A DNA stretch of 64,000 nucleotides. Source: the human T2T-CHM13v2.0 reference genome, Homo sapiens. Numbering within the stretch: position 1 is the stretch's first letter; the number at the start of each line of letters is the position of its first letter. Position numbers and translations under genes: made by a program. The DNA lies in NCBI RefSeq assembly GCF_009914755.1, contig NC_060928.1; one strand, 5' to 3'. Below, one piece after another: positions 41,900-56,689 of this stretch. Under the pieces are notes generated by a model that did not search any database, had not been told where the DNA came from, and worked only from the letters and a program-made list of their open reading frames with translations.

Positions 41900-43461
41900 C
41901 CTTTAATACCAGAACAAAGAGCCATAATATCAAGAAGAACACAACCCAGAAGATTTTATTACATTAATAGCCCAGCTAAGAGATTTAGGAGTCCATGCCC
42001 ACTTACAGCGTCATGTCATTAAGGCTGATGAACACAGGGTAGACAGACGCCTTGCTATTTTCTATCCTATGCCCTGCTACAAACATGTGGCCTGGAACCA
42101 CTTTGTGATTACTGCAGTAAGTTCTCTGTGATTAATGTGGACATAACACTGTCCAGAGGAACTGGAGCAGACACATCTTATCTGAGAGCCACTGCCCTAT
42201 GACATGGCCATGAGGTCACTCGGCCCCCTTTGTTTTAGGCTGTATATTACTTAAATCAGTCATCAGAAAGATGATTTAAATCAACCTTCAAGAAGATATA
42301 ATTTCATTACTTTTTTTTTTTTTGCCAAACTATGTCCCTATTGTCTATACTCCTAATATTAATTATAACCAACTCAGATTTATAGTTTTTCTATGATTAG
42401 GTATATTTCTTATGTGTAAACTATATAGAAACACATGTTGGAACAGTTACATTAGAAAACTGAATCGTGATTTGGTCCTTTTATTCCCCAAAGCTAAATA
42501 AAGCAGATATCTGTGAAATCACACAGAGACAAACCATTTTCAGGTTGACAGGTTAATTTGGGCAACATTTTCTGCTCTGTTCTATTAGAACAGCTATCAT
42601 AACTCAAAACAACTGATATTACATTTTTGCAGGATAAAATGTTTATAGAGATATATTTGTATTTTGAATGTTTTTGTTCAACAAAAGCCATATAATTTTA
42701 AACAAAAATGTACGATCAAAATTTATTTCATTTATATATGTGAAATGGGGGTGCTGACAAAAATTTAAAGAATGTTTCACCTAAAATAAAAAGATTCCTC
42801 CAAAATAAAAAACTTAAAATATAGGATTGTTTTGAATAGCGCCTCCCCCTTCTAATCATTTCAGTTTGAAGAAGAGAATGCTGCTTCTCTTACAGAAGAG
42901 ATGAAGTTCATAATCCTTACAGCATACAGATGTAAAACAAGATATTGGTGAAGACAGCCACGATTGACAGGAAAAGAATAAAGAGGGCCCACAGTTGTTG
43001 GTGCCTGGAGACAGACTTGAGAGGGGTCACAAGTGGCCAGAGGCTGGAAAAATAAAATGTCTACGATTTGAAAATAGAGAAAAGAAGTAGAGAAGAAACA
43101 AACAGAGTACTAGAGAAGAATAAGAAGCCCATGTAATTGGAGCCATAGGGTGGGAGGTGGGTTATGGGGGATGGGCACACATGAGGTTGGTTTAGGCTTA
43201 AGAAGATAAGCTTACTGCAGCATTCCTGGAATTCTAGAGAATGGCCAGCTCTGGATCCAAGTGATTGCATTCATAATCATTTTTGGCTAAAATGCAAATA
43301 GAAAGAACCAGGATGAAGAGTTTGCTTCTTAACCTGGATGTGTATCAACTTGAATTCAATGCCTACACTGAATGTACATGGATTTACCTGTTTGGAATAT
43401 GTACAATGGAGATCCTCTTGCAGTAGCAGATTTTGTATGCTAAATACCACCTTTCTGATAA

Positions 43462-43870
<409 letters not shown>

Positions 43871-43885
43871 TAAAGACAACATTTT

Positions 43886-44765
43886 TTTTTTTATTATACT
43901 TTAAGTTTTAAGGTACATGTGCACATTGTGCAGGTTAGTTACATATGTATACATGTGCCATGCTGGTGCGCTGCACCCACTAACTCGTCATCTAGCATTA
44001 GGTATATCTCCCAATGCTATCCCTCCCCCTTCCCCCCATCCCACCACAGTCCCCAGAGTGTGATATTCCCCTTCCTGTGTCCATGTGATCTCATTGTTCA
44101 ATTCCCACCTATGAGTGAGAATATGCAGTGTTTGGTTTTTTGTTCTTGCGATAGTTTACTGAGAATGATGATTTCCAATTTCATCCATGTCCCTACAAAG
44201 GACATGAACTCATCATTTTTTATGGCTGCATAGTATTCCATGGTGTATATGTGCCACATTTTCTTAATCCAGAATCTACAATGAACTCAAACAAATTTAC
44301 AAGAAAAAAACAAACAACCCCATCAAAAAGTGGGCAAAGGACATGAACAGACACTTCTCAAAAGAAGACATTTATGCAGCCAAAAAACACATGAAAAAAT
44401 GCTCATCATCACTGGCCATCAGAGAAATGCAAATCAAAACCACAATGAGATACCATCTCACACCAGTTAGAATGGCAATCATTAAAAAGTCAGGAAACAA
44501 CAGGTGCTGGAGAGGATGTGGAGAAATAGGAACACTTTTACACTGTTGGTGGGACTGTAAACTAGTTCAACCATTGTGGAAGTCAGTGTGGCGATTCCTC
44601 AGGGATCTAGAACTGGAAATACCATTTGACCCAGCCATCCCATTACTGGGTATATACCCAAATGACTATAAATCATGCTGCTATAAAGACACATGCACAC
44701 GTATGTTTATTGCGGCATTATTCACAATAGCAAAGAGTTGGAACCAACCCAAATGTCCAACAATG
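43886..44765 (-). mobile_element. L1PA2-like, 5'-truncated with 5' inversion (3' end on - strand 43886-44272; inverted part on + strand 44267-44765)
   Basis: 3'UTR has GAG (not L1HS ACA/ACG) and cttaaagtataat; TSD aaagacaacatttt at 43872-43885 and 44766-44779. Confidence 0.93.
44343..44765 (+). pseudogene. L1 ORF2p C-terminal (Cys-rich domain) remnant inside the inverted L1 segment
   Basis: Translation [24 protein letters not shown]...[40 protein letters not shown] matches L1 ORF2p. Confidence 0.93.
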
Positions 44766-46590
44766 AAAGACAACATTTTAAAAAGGAAAATTCCACCCCC
44801 TAACCCTCCAAGGCAGTTTCCAGGAAGTTCTGATATAAGGTCTGTTGACTCTCCCAGCCTTCCTTTTCTCCTTATTTACTTGGGCTATTAAGTAAAAATG
44901 AGCTTCTCTTCTTTTTTAAATAATAGGTTCTCAATTAAGACTGAATTATTCCAAAGCAAACAACTCTTCCTATTTCTGCAGATTCTTTGAATTATCATTT
45001 TATGTGCTTCTGATGAATTCAGATGTTTAAATGACTTCCAGCAACACACTGATATGACTGTCTAAAACTTTAAGAAACATTTTTTATTTTTATTTTTTTA
45101 AAAAAGATTTATCCTTATACCTGGAAGTTTCATATTTGGTATTAGGGAATGATTACTGCTGGATGCCAATACCTCTTTTCAAATAGCCAAACATTTATAC
45201 TTAATATGAAAACCAAACCACAGACAAGCTGCCAGCATATTCCACAACACTGTATTCTTTCAGCTATAAAGTCAAAGGTTTAATTGCATGAAAATATTCA
45301 AATATTAATAAATCATGTTAACTTTAAACTAGGTTCACAAACTTTGTTTCACTGATTTTAAGCAGCCTGATATAGGATAGATATTTAATAAATTTGTCCA
45401 ATGTGTATTTTTCCCATGAATAATAAAACCAAATTAAAATTTTATTTAAATTGTTGAAATGCTTAATTCCTCCAGATCATGATTTTGCCAATGCAGTTTC
45501 ATCTACCTTTCCTTGTACATCATACGAAGGCATTTATTCAGGCAGTGGTTTTTAATAAGCCATTGTAGGAAACAAACAAAAAAAGGTGGAAGGTGTTGCC
45601 TGGGAACTAATAGCTGTAATAAGGAGCCAGTGGATTGCTCCTTAATAAGTGTATGCACTGCACACCTTCTCAGTCCTGATTAACTACATTCTATTTTAGC
45701 ACCAGACATCTAATGAGAAAATGTTAAGTTTCCCCAAATGGTATGATGGTAGAATCAGAATGGAAAATACCAACAAACCTTGTGAACGCTATCGCCCCAA
45801 AATGTGAGCTTGTAAAAGAATTCATCTTAGTTCCACCTTGATTTCTTTTGCATTAATCATTCAAGATATGTAACATTGGAAAACTTACTGTGTGCAAGGT
45901 GTGATGAAATCTTATATTCAGAAGCTAAAGATAAAGATAATATATGCATCAGTTTCATAATAGCCGTTTTTGAAGGTGAGATGAAGTTTATTAATTATTT
46001 CCACAAACCATCTAGGGTGATTCTCTCAGATTCAGGGAATGTGGGCTTGAGCAAATTTTCGTGGTTGATATGAAGGACTTACAGCTAGAACCAAATACTG
46101 TTCAGTCTGTATAACGAGCCTGACAATGTGAATAATCTCAGTGCAATAATTTTTTTTTTGTTAAGCACACAGGTATGTACAAACACACAAAGGTAACTCC
46201 TGAATAGTCAATAAATAACTATACCAAATGTATAACTGCTAATTATGGGAATAATATAATGAATAATTACAGATTTTTTTCTAAATGCAAGTTTTCATGC
46301 CAGAAAAAAATTTTATCTCCAGAAGAATAATTTGTGCATTGCTTAAACAAAAATCAAAGTGAAATCCTTCCAAACAGCCCAGGTGACATCCTTGGTTTTA
46401 TTCATGTAAATAATGATTATAAAATATAAAAGCTAAAACAGCTGAATAAAACATCCTTCCTGGCCTCAGGGAGGTCATCAGTTCATTGAGGGTCAAGAAA
46501 TACTACACTTCTAAAACTACCTTATATCAACCCTTGATGTTTCAAAAGGAAAACAAAAATAGCACCCAAATTTCTCCAGGCAGAGTAAGC

Positions 46591-46622
<32 letters not shown>

Positions 46623-46640
46623 CTCTCTCTCTCTCTCTCT
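46591..46640. repeat. (CA)n(CT)n compound microsatellite
   Basis: Read directly. Confidence 0.95.
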
Positions 46641-47506
46641 TTAGAAAAGCAAAGTTTGCAACATGCTATAATTAAGCTCACATCCTGACAGTAAAAACAC
46701 AAAGTTTTATTCTAAATATAGAGGAAGAATCTCCACATTGCACAACCTTTCCAATTGTTGTTTTTTAACATTAGTCATTGATGTCAGTGTGTCCTTTGCA
46801 TAAAAAAGTCCCTTTCTGAAAATACACATACAGTAGACATGAAAATTGTACTGCTTTCAATTTTTATTTAGGGTGGAGATTTTCTTAAAATCTTCGGTAG
46901 ATTTTATCCTTGCCTTGTCCTTCCTGTAAGTCTAAATCACTATTTAAATGGCATTTTCCTTCTTGCTCTTAAAATAGCAAAGTGGTATTTGCTAAATGGA
47001 CATGGATAGCTATTCACAGCCCAATTCCTAAGTCTTAGTCTTCTACACAGGCTGCCCTGATCGCCTCCAGAGATGAAACTTGTCCATGGAAGAGAAGCTA
47101 TACACACATCTCTGCCACCAGGAACCTGGGAAAGTCTGGTTTCATGTAACACTAACAATGCTGCTACAAAAATTACAATTTTCTAGCATGGTGGATTGGA
47201 CTCTGTCCTATTTATTAAAAGAACTGTAGACCTGAGGGCAGCTCAATCCACACCTTGCAAAGCACCCACATGTCCCTAGCAGAAAGGAGGGCTGATTTTA
47301 ATTTATGGGGCTTAATTAACCTTTTAATTTAGGGGTTAGTGGTAAAGTGTATCTAGAATCTAGCTACCTGCTGTGATCCTGGAGCAAGTTAATCTCTCTA
47401 TGCCTCAGTTTCGACAGCAGGATTCCATCTCAAAAATCAAAACAAAACAAAACAATAACTAGTATTATTCTCAATTAGGATTTCTAGAACACTAAAAGCT
47501 ACCACT

Positions 47507-47791
47507 TGCTGGGCATGGTGACTCACTCCTGTAATCCCAGCACTTTGGGATGCTGGGGTGGGCGGATCACCTGAGGTTGGGAGTTTGAGACCAGCCTGAC
47601 CAACATGGAGAAACCCCGTCTCTACTAAAAATACAAAATTAGCCAGGTGTGGGGGCGCATGCCTGTAATCTCAGCTACTCGGGAGGCTGAGGCAGGAGAA
47701 TCGCTTGAACCTGGGAGGGTAGGTTGCAGTGGGCCAAGATCACGCCATTGCACGCCAGTCTGGGCAACAAGAGCGAGACTCCATCTCAAAA

Positions 47792-47835
<44 letters not shown>

Positions 47836-47836
47836 A
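47507..47836 (+). mobile_element. AluSp with (AAAT)n tail
   Basis: cctgaccaacatggagaaacccc diagnostic; TSD ctaccact preceded by an A-run. Confidence 0.92.
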
Positions 47837-48439
47837 AAAACTACCACTCTACACTAAAAAGTCAAACGTGGAAATATACAAAACAAAAGTCTATGTGGAA
47901 AAACCCAACAATTTACAAAGGTAAATTAGATTTACAGGAAGCAAACACACTCCTGAGCACTTTTGCTTTATCCAAATACTTCATTTCACTGTTAAGAACA
48001 GTTGATGGGCCTTTAGGGAAAATATTTCAGCTTTCAAATAACTGCTTTGAAAAGGACTAAAAACTATATTTAACTGCCTCTTGGGCAATTAGACCATGGC
48101 CATTGCCACATCTGCTATTTTCTCATCAGGAAACTGCTTCCAAGACATTTAACATTCATAGGTGTATTAGCTCATTATTAATACTCTGGAAATTCTCCAT
48201 GACACTATTAACTACAGTGCAGAATTTGATGTAAGGAGGCTCCATCTTGGTTTCAATTCATGTAAGAGGATTATGAACCGAATTCCCTAAAGGATGACAC
48301 TAGAAATGGTCTCAAACATGGACTGAATTATAGCAAAGCTCCAAAGTGTAATCTATTTCTAAAAACTTGTCTTCAATCATCTCAACCCTTTTCTCATACT
48401 TTATCTCTATCTCTTCATATTATCCATCAGTAATTGTTA

Positions 48440-49009
<570 letters not shown>

Positions 49010-49443
49010 AGTAGTAGAAATTAATTAGTCTCAGACTCTTATCATAAGATAGAAGTGGTATCAGGAATTGAACTCCCACTCTTTCAGTGCTCTGTGATAG
49101 CCCATGTACTATTCTTCTGACACCAAGATAAAAAAGACTATTTCCAATGAATGCCCATTAGATCAGAGATTATGCCACGTACAATCTGTCACAAAAAACC
49201 AGGAAGCATGTCACTGAAACAGTCTGGCTTGTAACATAACTTTTATTCTAAAGAAATACCCATCATTTGATACTATGGAAATCTGAATATTATGTTGTAC
49301 TTTTAATTTACAAACACAAATTTAATTGACATGAAATTTATCAAGATATGAAACCTAAAAATATCAATGTTGTCTTAAATTCCTTTTGACAAGATTGTTA
49401 ACTGCTTGACATTTTCATGCCTTTACTTTCCTTGAATTCCTCA

Positions 49444-50186
<743 letters not shown>

Positions 50187-51450
50187 ACCAGCACCTCCCT
50201 CCTATCACCTTTTTCACAGGAGACCCTCAGTAGAGAGTCCTGTAGATCAAGCCTCCATCCTGATTGCCCATTGTAGTTCTTATAAGAAAAGATAAAGTTG
50301 GCCACTTTCCATTACAGCACACAAACTAGCAACCTTTCTGGAACTGGGTAACACATTCTCCCGGGTTTGACTGTGGTAGATTCTAAACCACACGCCTTCT
50401 GTGAATAGTTGTGGTTTGACAAGCTACAAAGACATACAGCCTGGTCTGTGTAAGTCCCCAAGTAGGGGCCCCAGAGACTTGCGGCCACCCTGCTAAGAGT
50501 CCTCCAGCCAAGCTCTGCCCAAGGGAACAGCACCACCCACACCATCAAAGCTTTGCCTGCAGCTCTGGGCCAGCCTGAAGGGCTTGAAGAGGCCATCGGG
50601 TTACTAAATGGCATTTTGGTCACCTTTTCTTTCCTCCCAAGATCGTGAAGAACAACCTCATTGCCCTAATGACTCCCAACTTCTGTCTGCACGTGGGTTT
50701 GATTGTTACAATCACATTTTGCTTACTGCCAATCTCCCATTTCAGCTGTTCAAATTCTAGGAAACCAATATTTATTTCCTTAACAAAAGATCTCAACAAG
50801 CCAAGCCTCCTTCTCTCTCTCCCTCCCTCTTTCTTTCTCCCCATCCTACCCAAACCACAAAGCCCTGTTCTTTGTAAAGGGCCTGTGCTGGGAGCTAGAA
50901 ATGTGTCACACCAAGAACATCCACCATTGCCCAAAGCTGTTTTCCTTGTGGCTTCTTCAGTAGCAGCCACGCTGCCTTCAGTGTTGACAGTCAGCAATTT
51001 TGAATGTGCTGACATGGAGAACAGTGACCACAGAGTCAATGCACACCAGCAAGGAAGAGAAAACAAATGCGGAAATGGAAAGGTGATGCTGGGCCTCTGT
51101 CTTTCCCTGCTTCTGGAGGCCCACCAGTGAGGTCACAGGTTGGCCTGTGGAGGCCTGGAGGGCAGGGAGCACAGGCAGCCTCACCTCTTTCTGCTGTTTC
51201 CCTGCCATCACAACTTGGTCCCTGCATTTCTATTTTGGGGGCTGACGCATGCAGAGCTGTGGAGGAGGGAGCCATTCCCTCTACCACCTTAGGTCCCTCT
51301 CCTTGCAGCTGGCTCCTACCAAGAGGAGAGAGGAAAGGGTCAGCTGTGGCTTCTCGGCAGCTCTGTGAACTGCTCTCTCCAACACTGAACTCAACAAATG
51401 TTCTTTACATTGCTAATTTGTTTTTGTTCTTTTTTTTTTTTTGTCTCCAG

Positions 51451-51465
51451 TAGCAGGAAAGTTTG
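51451..51465 (+). other. Candidate microexon (15, 12 or 9 nt)
   Basis: ctaat branch point, ~30-nt pyrimidine tract, cag/tag/cag tandem acceptors, TTG|gtaagc donor. Confidence 0.35.
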
Positions 51466-51576
51466 GTAAGCAAAAAAAGATCCCAGAAAATTTCTGGGTA
51501 GCAAGTCTAGTATTAAGGGGGGCCAAGGGGTGAAGAAGGATGGAGCCATTAAATTAAAGCTTACGAAGGGCTATTA

Positions 51577-51880
<304 letters not shown>

Positions 51881-52319
51881 GAAGGGCCATTATAATATCA
51901 CTATAATGCTTTATAGGCAGACTGTGAGTTGGGGATTCTGGAATCCCTCTTTTCTTGGCTCTATCTGGGTTAGATAATAGGGAAGTTATTTAGTTCGAGG
52001 TGGTTCAATGTATGAAGTGATCAGGTAGGCAGGGGGTCTCTCTGTCCAGAGATATGCAGTGGGGCAGTTCTGGGACCTGGGGTTACACATGAGCAGGGAC
52101 AAAAGCTGAACTTAATGTTTGGCCTCCTGCGTAAAATAGTGCTTCTCAAACTCTGCAGTTTATAGACCACACCTGGGGTGTAAAAATCCCTACCAACCTC
52201 GGACTGTCCTCACATGTGCCAAGAGGAAAACAAAATCCCATCCACTGCAGTTAAAAAAAAACAAAACCAAGTACATTTGGGGGGAATAAAAATTGCAGCA
52301 GAAATGGCTAGTGGCCCAC

Positions 52320-52725
52320 CAAAGATGTCTGCACCCTTTCAGCTGTGTAAATTTGATGCTGGTGAGTGGCTGCCCAGCCAAGGACTGCATTTCCCACCTC
52401 CTCTTGCTCTAGAAGGGGATATATGACTTAGTTCTTGACAAAAGACTGTGGACAGAAATGATGTGTGCCATTTCTAGGCTTGGCCCATAAAAACCTGGCT
52501 TGGCACATTAAAGTCAGGACTCCCCCAAATCCCCTAGGCTATCTCTTTTCTCACCAACCAGCTGGAAGCAAAAGATTCCAAGATCCGTGGAGGAGCTACA
52601 AGGTGGAAGGAGCTCGCTGCCTGTCCAAAAAATGCCTGGATTTGGACTGTTGGATGACAGAGAAAAAAACTCATATTTGAGGTCACTGGGGATTTCAGGG
52701 TTTCTCTATCACAAAAGTTATTTTA
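52320..52725 (+). mobile_element. Old MLT1 (H/I/J-like) LTR
   Basis: ggactgcatttccca...cagaaatgatgtgtgccatttctaggcttggcccataaaaacc. Confidence 0.6.
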
Positions 52726-52789
52726 ACTGCACAAAATCACTAAGTGATGTCAGAGGGAAATTATTAATTAGGCACAATGACATAGATGT

Positions 52790-53030
52790 TAAACGTGGTA
52801 TGCTATTATTTGGGTTTTTAAAAAAGAATGTGCCTACATATACACTTCTATATGCTTGAGACGTCTCTGGAAGAAAACGCTAGAAAATAGTAACAGTGGG
52901 TGCCTTTGGGGAAGGAAACTAGGAGACAGGAAGAAAGGGGTAGAAAAGAGATTTATCTCTCACCGTATTTTGTTTTTAGCCTTTTGAATTTGTATCGTAG
53001 GCATATGTTAACCGCTCAAAAGTTACATTT
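52790..53030 (+). mobile_element. L1ME-type 3' end
   Basis: ctctggaagaaaac...taacagtgggtgcctttggggaagg...ccttttgaatttgta. Confidence 0.55.
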
Positions 53031-53044
53031 AATGAAACAACTTT

Positions 53045-53332
53045 GTGCGGTGGCTCATGCCTATAATCCTAACAATTTGAGAGGCTGAGGCGGGTGGATC
53101 ACTTGAGGTCAGGAGTTTCAGACCAGACTGGCCAACATGGTGAAACTCCATCTCTACTAAAAATACAAAAATTAGCACGGCATGGTGGCAGGTGCCTGTA
53201 ATCCCAGCTACTCAGGAGGCTGAGGCAGGAGAATTGCTGAACCTGGGAGGCTACAGTGAGCTGAGATGGCGCCAATGTACTCCAGCCTGGGTGATAGAGC
53301 AAGACTCCGTCTCATAAAAAAGAAAACAAAAC
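53045..53332 (+). mobile_element. AluS (Sz/Sx-like), small deletions
   Basis: gtgcggtggctcatgcctataatcc...gcaagactccgtctcataaaaa. Confidence 0.88.
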
Positions 53333-53649
53333 ACAAGTTCTAAAAGAATCCAGTTTTTAGATCAGCAGGAGAATGCTTATGCACACTACTACTAGTCCCC
53401 AGGGCCTTTTTCGAAACCAGTGGTACAAAGTGTTGACATTTAAAAATACATAAAAGTGTACTTTCTTTGAAAACTCAAGGGAGGGGTAGCAGTAGCTGCT
53501 ATTCCTATACTGCATCTGAATTCTTGGGGTTAACTTTCTCATGCTCTTAGAGACTCTCCTTTCATTCCAACGGCGACAGGAGGCTGATAGCAGAGAGGAG
53601 TCAGGGGTTGCTTCTTCTATTAGATCAATTTATTCCTAAATGTAGGTAC

Positions 53650-53798
53650 CACAAGTCAACCACACACCTTCATAAAAAGGATTCTTGGGCATCTTTCCTG
53701 AAAATTCTAATTCAGTAGTTCTGAGGTGGAGCTCAGGAAACCAAATTGTTCACAAGTGTCAGTTGACTCTTGTGCTCAGGCACACTTGAGAAACCCTG
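53650..53798. mobile_element. MER5-family MITE
   Basis: attctaattcagtagttctgaggtggagctcagga...cacttgagaaaccctg. Confidence 0.55.
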
Positions 53799-54383
53799 TT
53801 CTCATTTGTCCATGTGTCCTCCCTGCCACCTTGGATAAGTTGCTTCACTTTCATATTTTATATCCTTAGAATACAGACAATGAGATTTACGACCTAGGAA
53901 ACTCAAACGTGTCTGCTGAGACTAGGTGATGCCTGTGAAAATGGCTGAACCCCCTGCAAAATGACATTATATACAAGTGCCAATTATGATTATAATTACT
54001 ATTGTTAGCTTGTGCTTTGGGGATTGCTATTTTGTGTTTTAAAATTCACTTTATCAAAAATACTTCATTTTAAAAAGAAAAGGTGGGATAGAAAACATGT
54101 CTGTGTTTCCGTGGAACACCTTTGTCAGAATTTCTGCTGTGTTGCTAGGTGTTTAGCAGGGAGTCCGCATCAGTGGGTCTTCCACCCATGACAAGTACAG
54201 CTGCTTCCAGAATGCACGGAGTGGGGAATAAGCCATAAGGGAAGCCCTGCATTAAGGTGAGTCCAGAGGCTGGAGCCAAGGCAGCTCAAACACAAGGAAA
54301 TCCAGGCAGCAACTGGTCTATGGCAGACTGCTTTATGGAACGGGGGTGGATGCAAGAGATTCACTTTGCGTAAGAAGTGTCTT

Positions 54384-54509
54384 TATTTTTGTTTTTTTGA
54401 GATGGGGTCTCACTACATTGCCCAGGCTGGTCTCAAACTACTAGGCTCGAGGAATCCTCCCTTCTCAGCCTTTCGAGTATCTGGGATTACAGGCACATGT
54501 CATTACCCA
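54384..54509 (-). mobile_element. FLAM_A-like Alu monomer
   Basis: gagatggggtctcactacattgcccaggctggtctcaaac...gggattacaggc. Confidence 0.8.
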
Positions 54510-54620
54510 AATACTCTGATGTGATCATAACGTAGTTTATGCATGTAACCAAATAGTACCTGTATACCATAAATATATACAAAAATAATGTATCGATAAA
54601 AATTTTTAAAAATTAAAGAA
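54510..54620 (+). mobile_element. L1MA/MB extreme 3' end
   Basis: aatactctgatgtgatcat...tatgcatgtaaccaaat...tgtataccataaatatatacaa. Confidence 0.65.
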
Positions 54621-55370
54621 TAACAATGATAATAATAAAAGAAGCGATAATGATAATAATAATGGGAAAGAAAGCTAACATCTACCATTTTTTTAAAAGC
54701 AGGAGAAATGTCTTAAGGAGTCTTAGGCTGGCCCTGGACAGTTCTATTTTCTGCTCAGCTTGCAGGTCTAGTCTTTATCTCTGAATATTCTAAGATCTTT
54801 GGGACTAAAAGGCCATCCAACCCCAACCCCTCAATGTTACTCAGAGTCCCTGATTGCAAATTTTTTCTACATCAATTATCCAAAAATAGAGAAAAGGGAA
54901 ACTAAATAGATGCTTATTCCCTGGGAAATAAACTGAGTGGATAATAAAACTTTAGGTTGATTTGCTAAATTTTTAAAATATCTTAGGAGCAAACCTGATG
55001 TTTTCTAAGGAAAACTTTACTTTTTTTTTTTAATCTAAAAGTTTCTCTGTACAACAGATTAGGGAGAGAAGGGATAGAGGTATTCAATTTAAATCCTAAG
55101 TTTTCCAGTCATCTTTTGGAAGAAACCCCAAATTTTAAAAGGTCAGGTCCAAAAAGGATAAGGTGAACATGATCTACTGTGATTACAATTGTTTCTTTCT
55201 TCTTTTTAACAACTGACTCATGTATCAAGTGCTACTTACATTTGTTTTCTCTTTTTTCATCATTCTCAAAAAAATGAAATGCTCTGGCTGCAATTTTATT
55301 ATGAAATGTGCTTAATTCCAAATGGGTCCCATGCATTACACAGTCTCTTTAAATGGACCACCTAAAAGCC

Positions 55371-55751
55371 TGTGATGGGGATTTCTGGAGCTCATGGTAG
55401 CTGGTTCTCCTCCTTTTCTGAGCATGTGGGAAGACTTGCTAGGCTCTCAGGTAGTTAACTGGGAGTCATGTTACTAGTCTGGCCAATAGCCCATGAGAAA
55501 GAGCTGCTGTGAGTTCTCTGTATTCCCTTACCAGGCTGCACCAAACATGGAGGTCACATAACATAGTGGAGCTTCTGTCAGCCTGGGCCCCTGAGTGCCT
55601 AGGTGGAGCACAGCCTCCCCACTCTTCCCCTACGAACGTGAATTGGAAATATAGAGGGAATATTTGGCTGTACTTAAGCCAGTGAAATCAAGAAGGGAGC
55701 TAGAGGAGGGTAGATTTGTTACTGTGGCACAACCTTACCTTTTCTAATGCA
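55371..55751 (+). mobile_element. MLT1J-like LTR
   Basis: catgttactagtctggccaat...ggagcttctgtcagcctgggcccctgagtg...ttgttactgtggcacaacc. Confidence 0.65.
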
Positions 55752-55779
55752 AAGCAACTGGTTTGAAATCTCTGAATTC

Positions 55780-55985
55780 TACTCAGAATACTGGACTTGC
55801 TACTTATATAATTGGTAGACAAGTCACTTAATCTTTCTGAGCTTCAGGTTTTTTGACTGTAAAATGGGAACAATAATTTCTGGCATGTCTACCATTCACG
55901 GATATGAGAGGATCAAATGAGTTTTTCTGGAAGTGTTTTGAAATCTGTAAGTCAACTCTAGATGTAAAATACTAGCATTATTGCT
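55780..55985 (+). mobile_element. MIR SINE
   Basis: acaagtcacttaatctttctgagcttcagg...ctgtaaaatgggaacaataat...gaggatcaaatgag. Confidence 0.75.
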
Positions 55986-56689
55986 GTGGATGTAGCTGGA
56001 GAAAAGGGGCTAAATTTCACTGCTTCTTTGGGGTCAGTTATTAGAATTCATTGCTTCATCGTTCTTAAAAAGTCGAGCAATACATTTCAGTGATAGATAA
56101 GGATCATGTAAAATCAAATTCTGATACCACTTGGAGAATAATTTGTAATCTTTAAAATGTCAGGGCTAGCTGAATGATTTCAGAAGCCTCACTTCCAACA
56201 GGCAAACTCAACTATTTGCCTTTGGCATAAAAAGAAAGGAAAAATAGAGTCCCCGAATGAAAGGTTTGGCACAAAGCCCTTTATTCCTCCCACAGCCTGT
56301 CAGAGTGGGAGAGGGAGGAAGGAACAGAGAGATTGGGCATTCCAGACTCCACCCCTGCACAAAGCGATGGGGAGCGATATACATTCAGGAGAGGTCGTAC
56401 CAATCTATTCTTGTGTTTCTTTCACAGAGAAAACAGATTTCTCCACACAGGAAAGGAGAAATAGCAGAAATGGCCTCCACACAGATCTAGAAGTAGGGCA
56501 AGGGCTTGTGTTCCCTGCTGTCCCTGACAAAAGGTCGAGACACTCTGCTTCGAACCCAGGAGAAGGGCTTCCTGACCCTTAGAACAGATGACACCAATCC
56601 ACACACACTGATTTGCTAGCAGTCCATTTTCACCCAGCTGCTTAGCTTGCTAGATATTAATAGTTGGCTTTTTTTGCACACTTACTAAA

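Noticed and set aside
43148-43175. G-quadruplex motif
   Set aside because: The motif is real but common genome-wide, and there is no supporting context
44343-44891. 182-aa ORF as a functional gene
   Set aside because: It is the truncated L1 ORF2 C-terminus running into flank; no promoter, EN or RT domains
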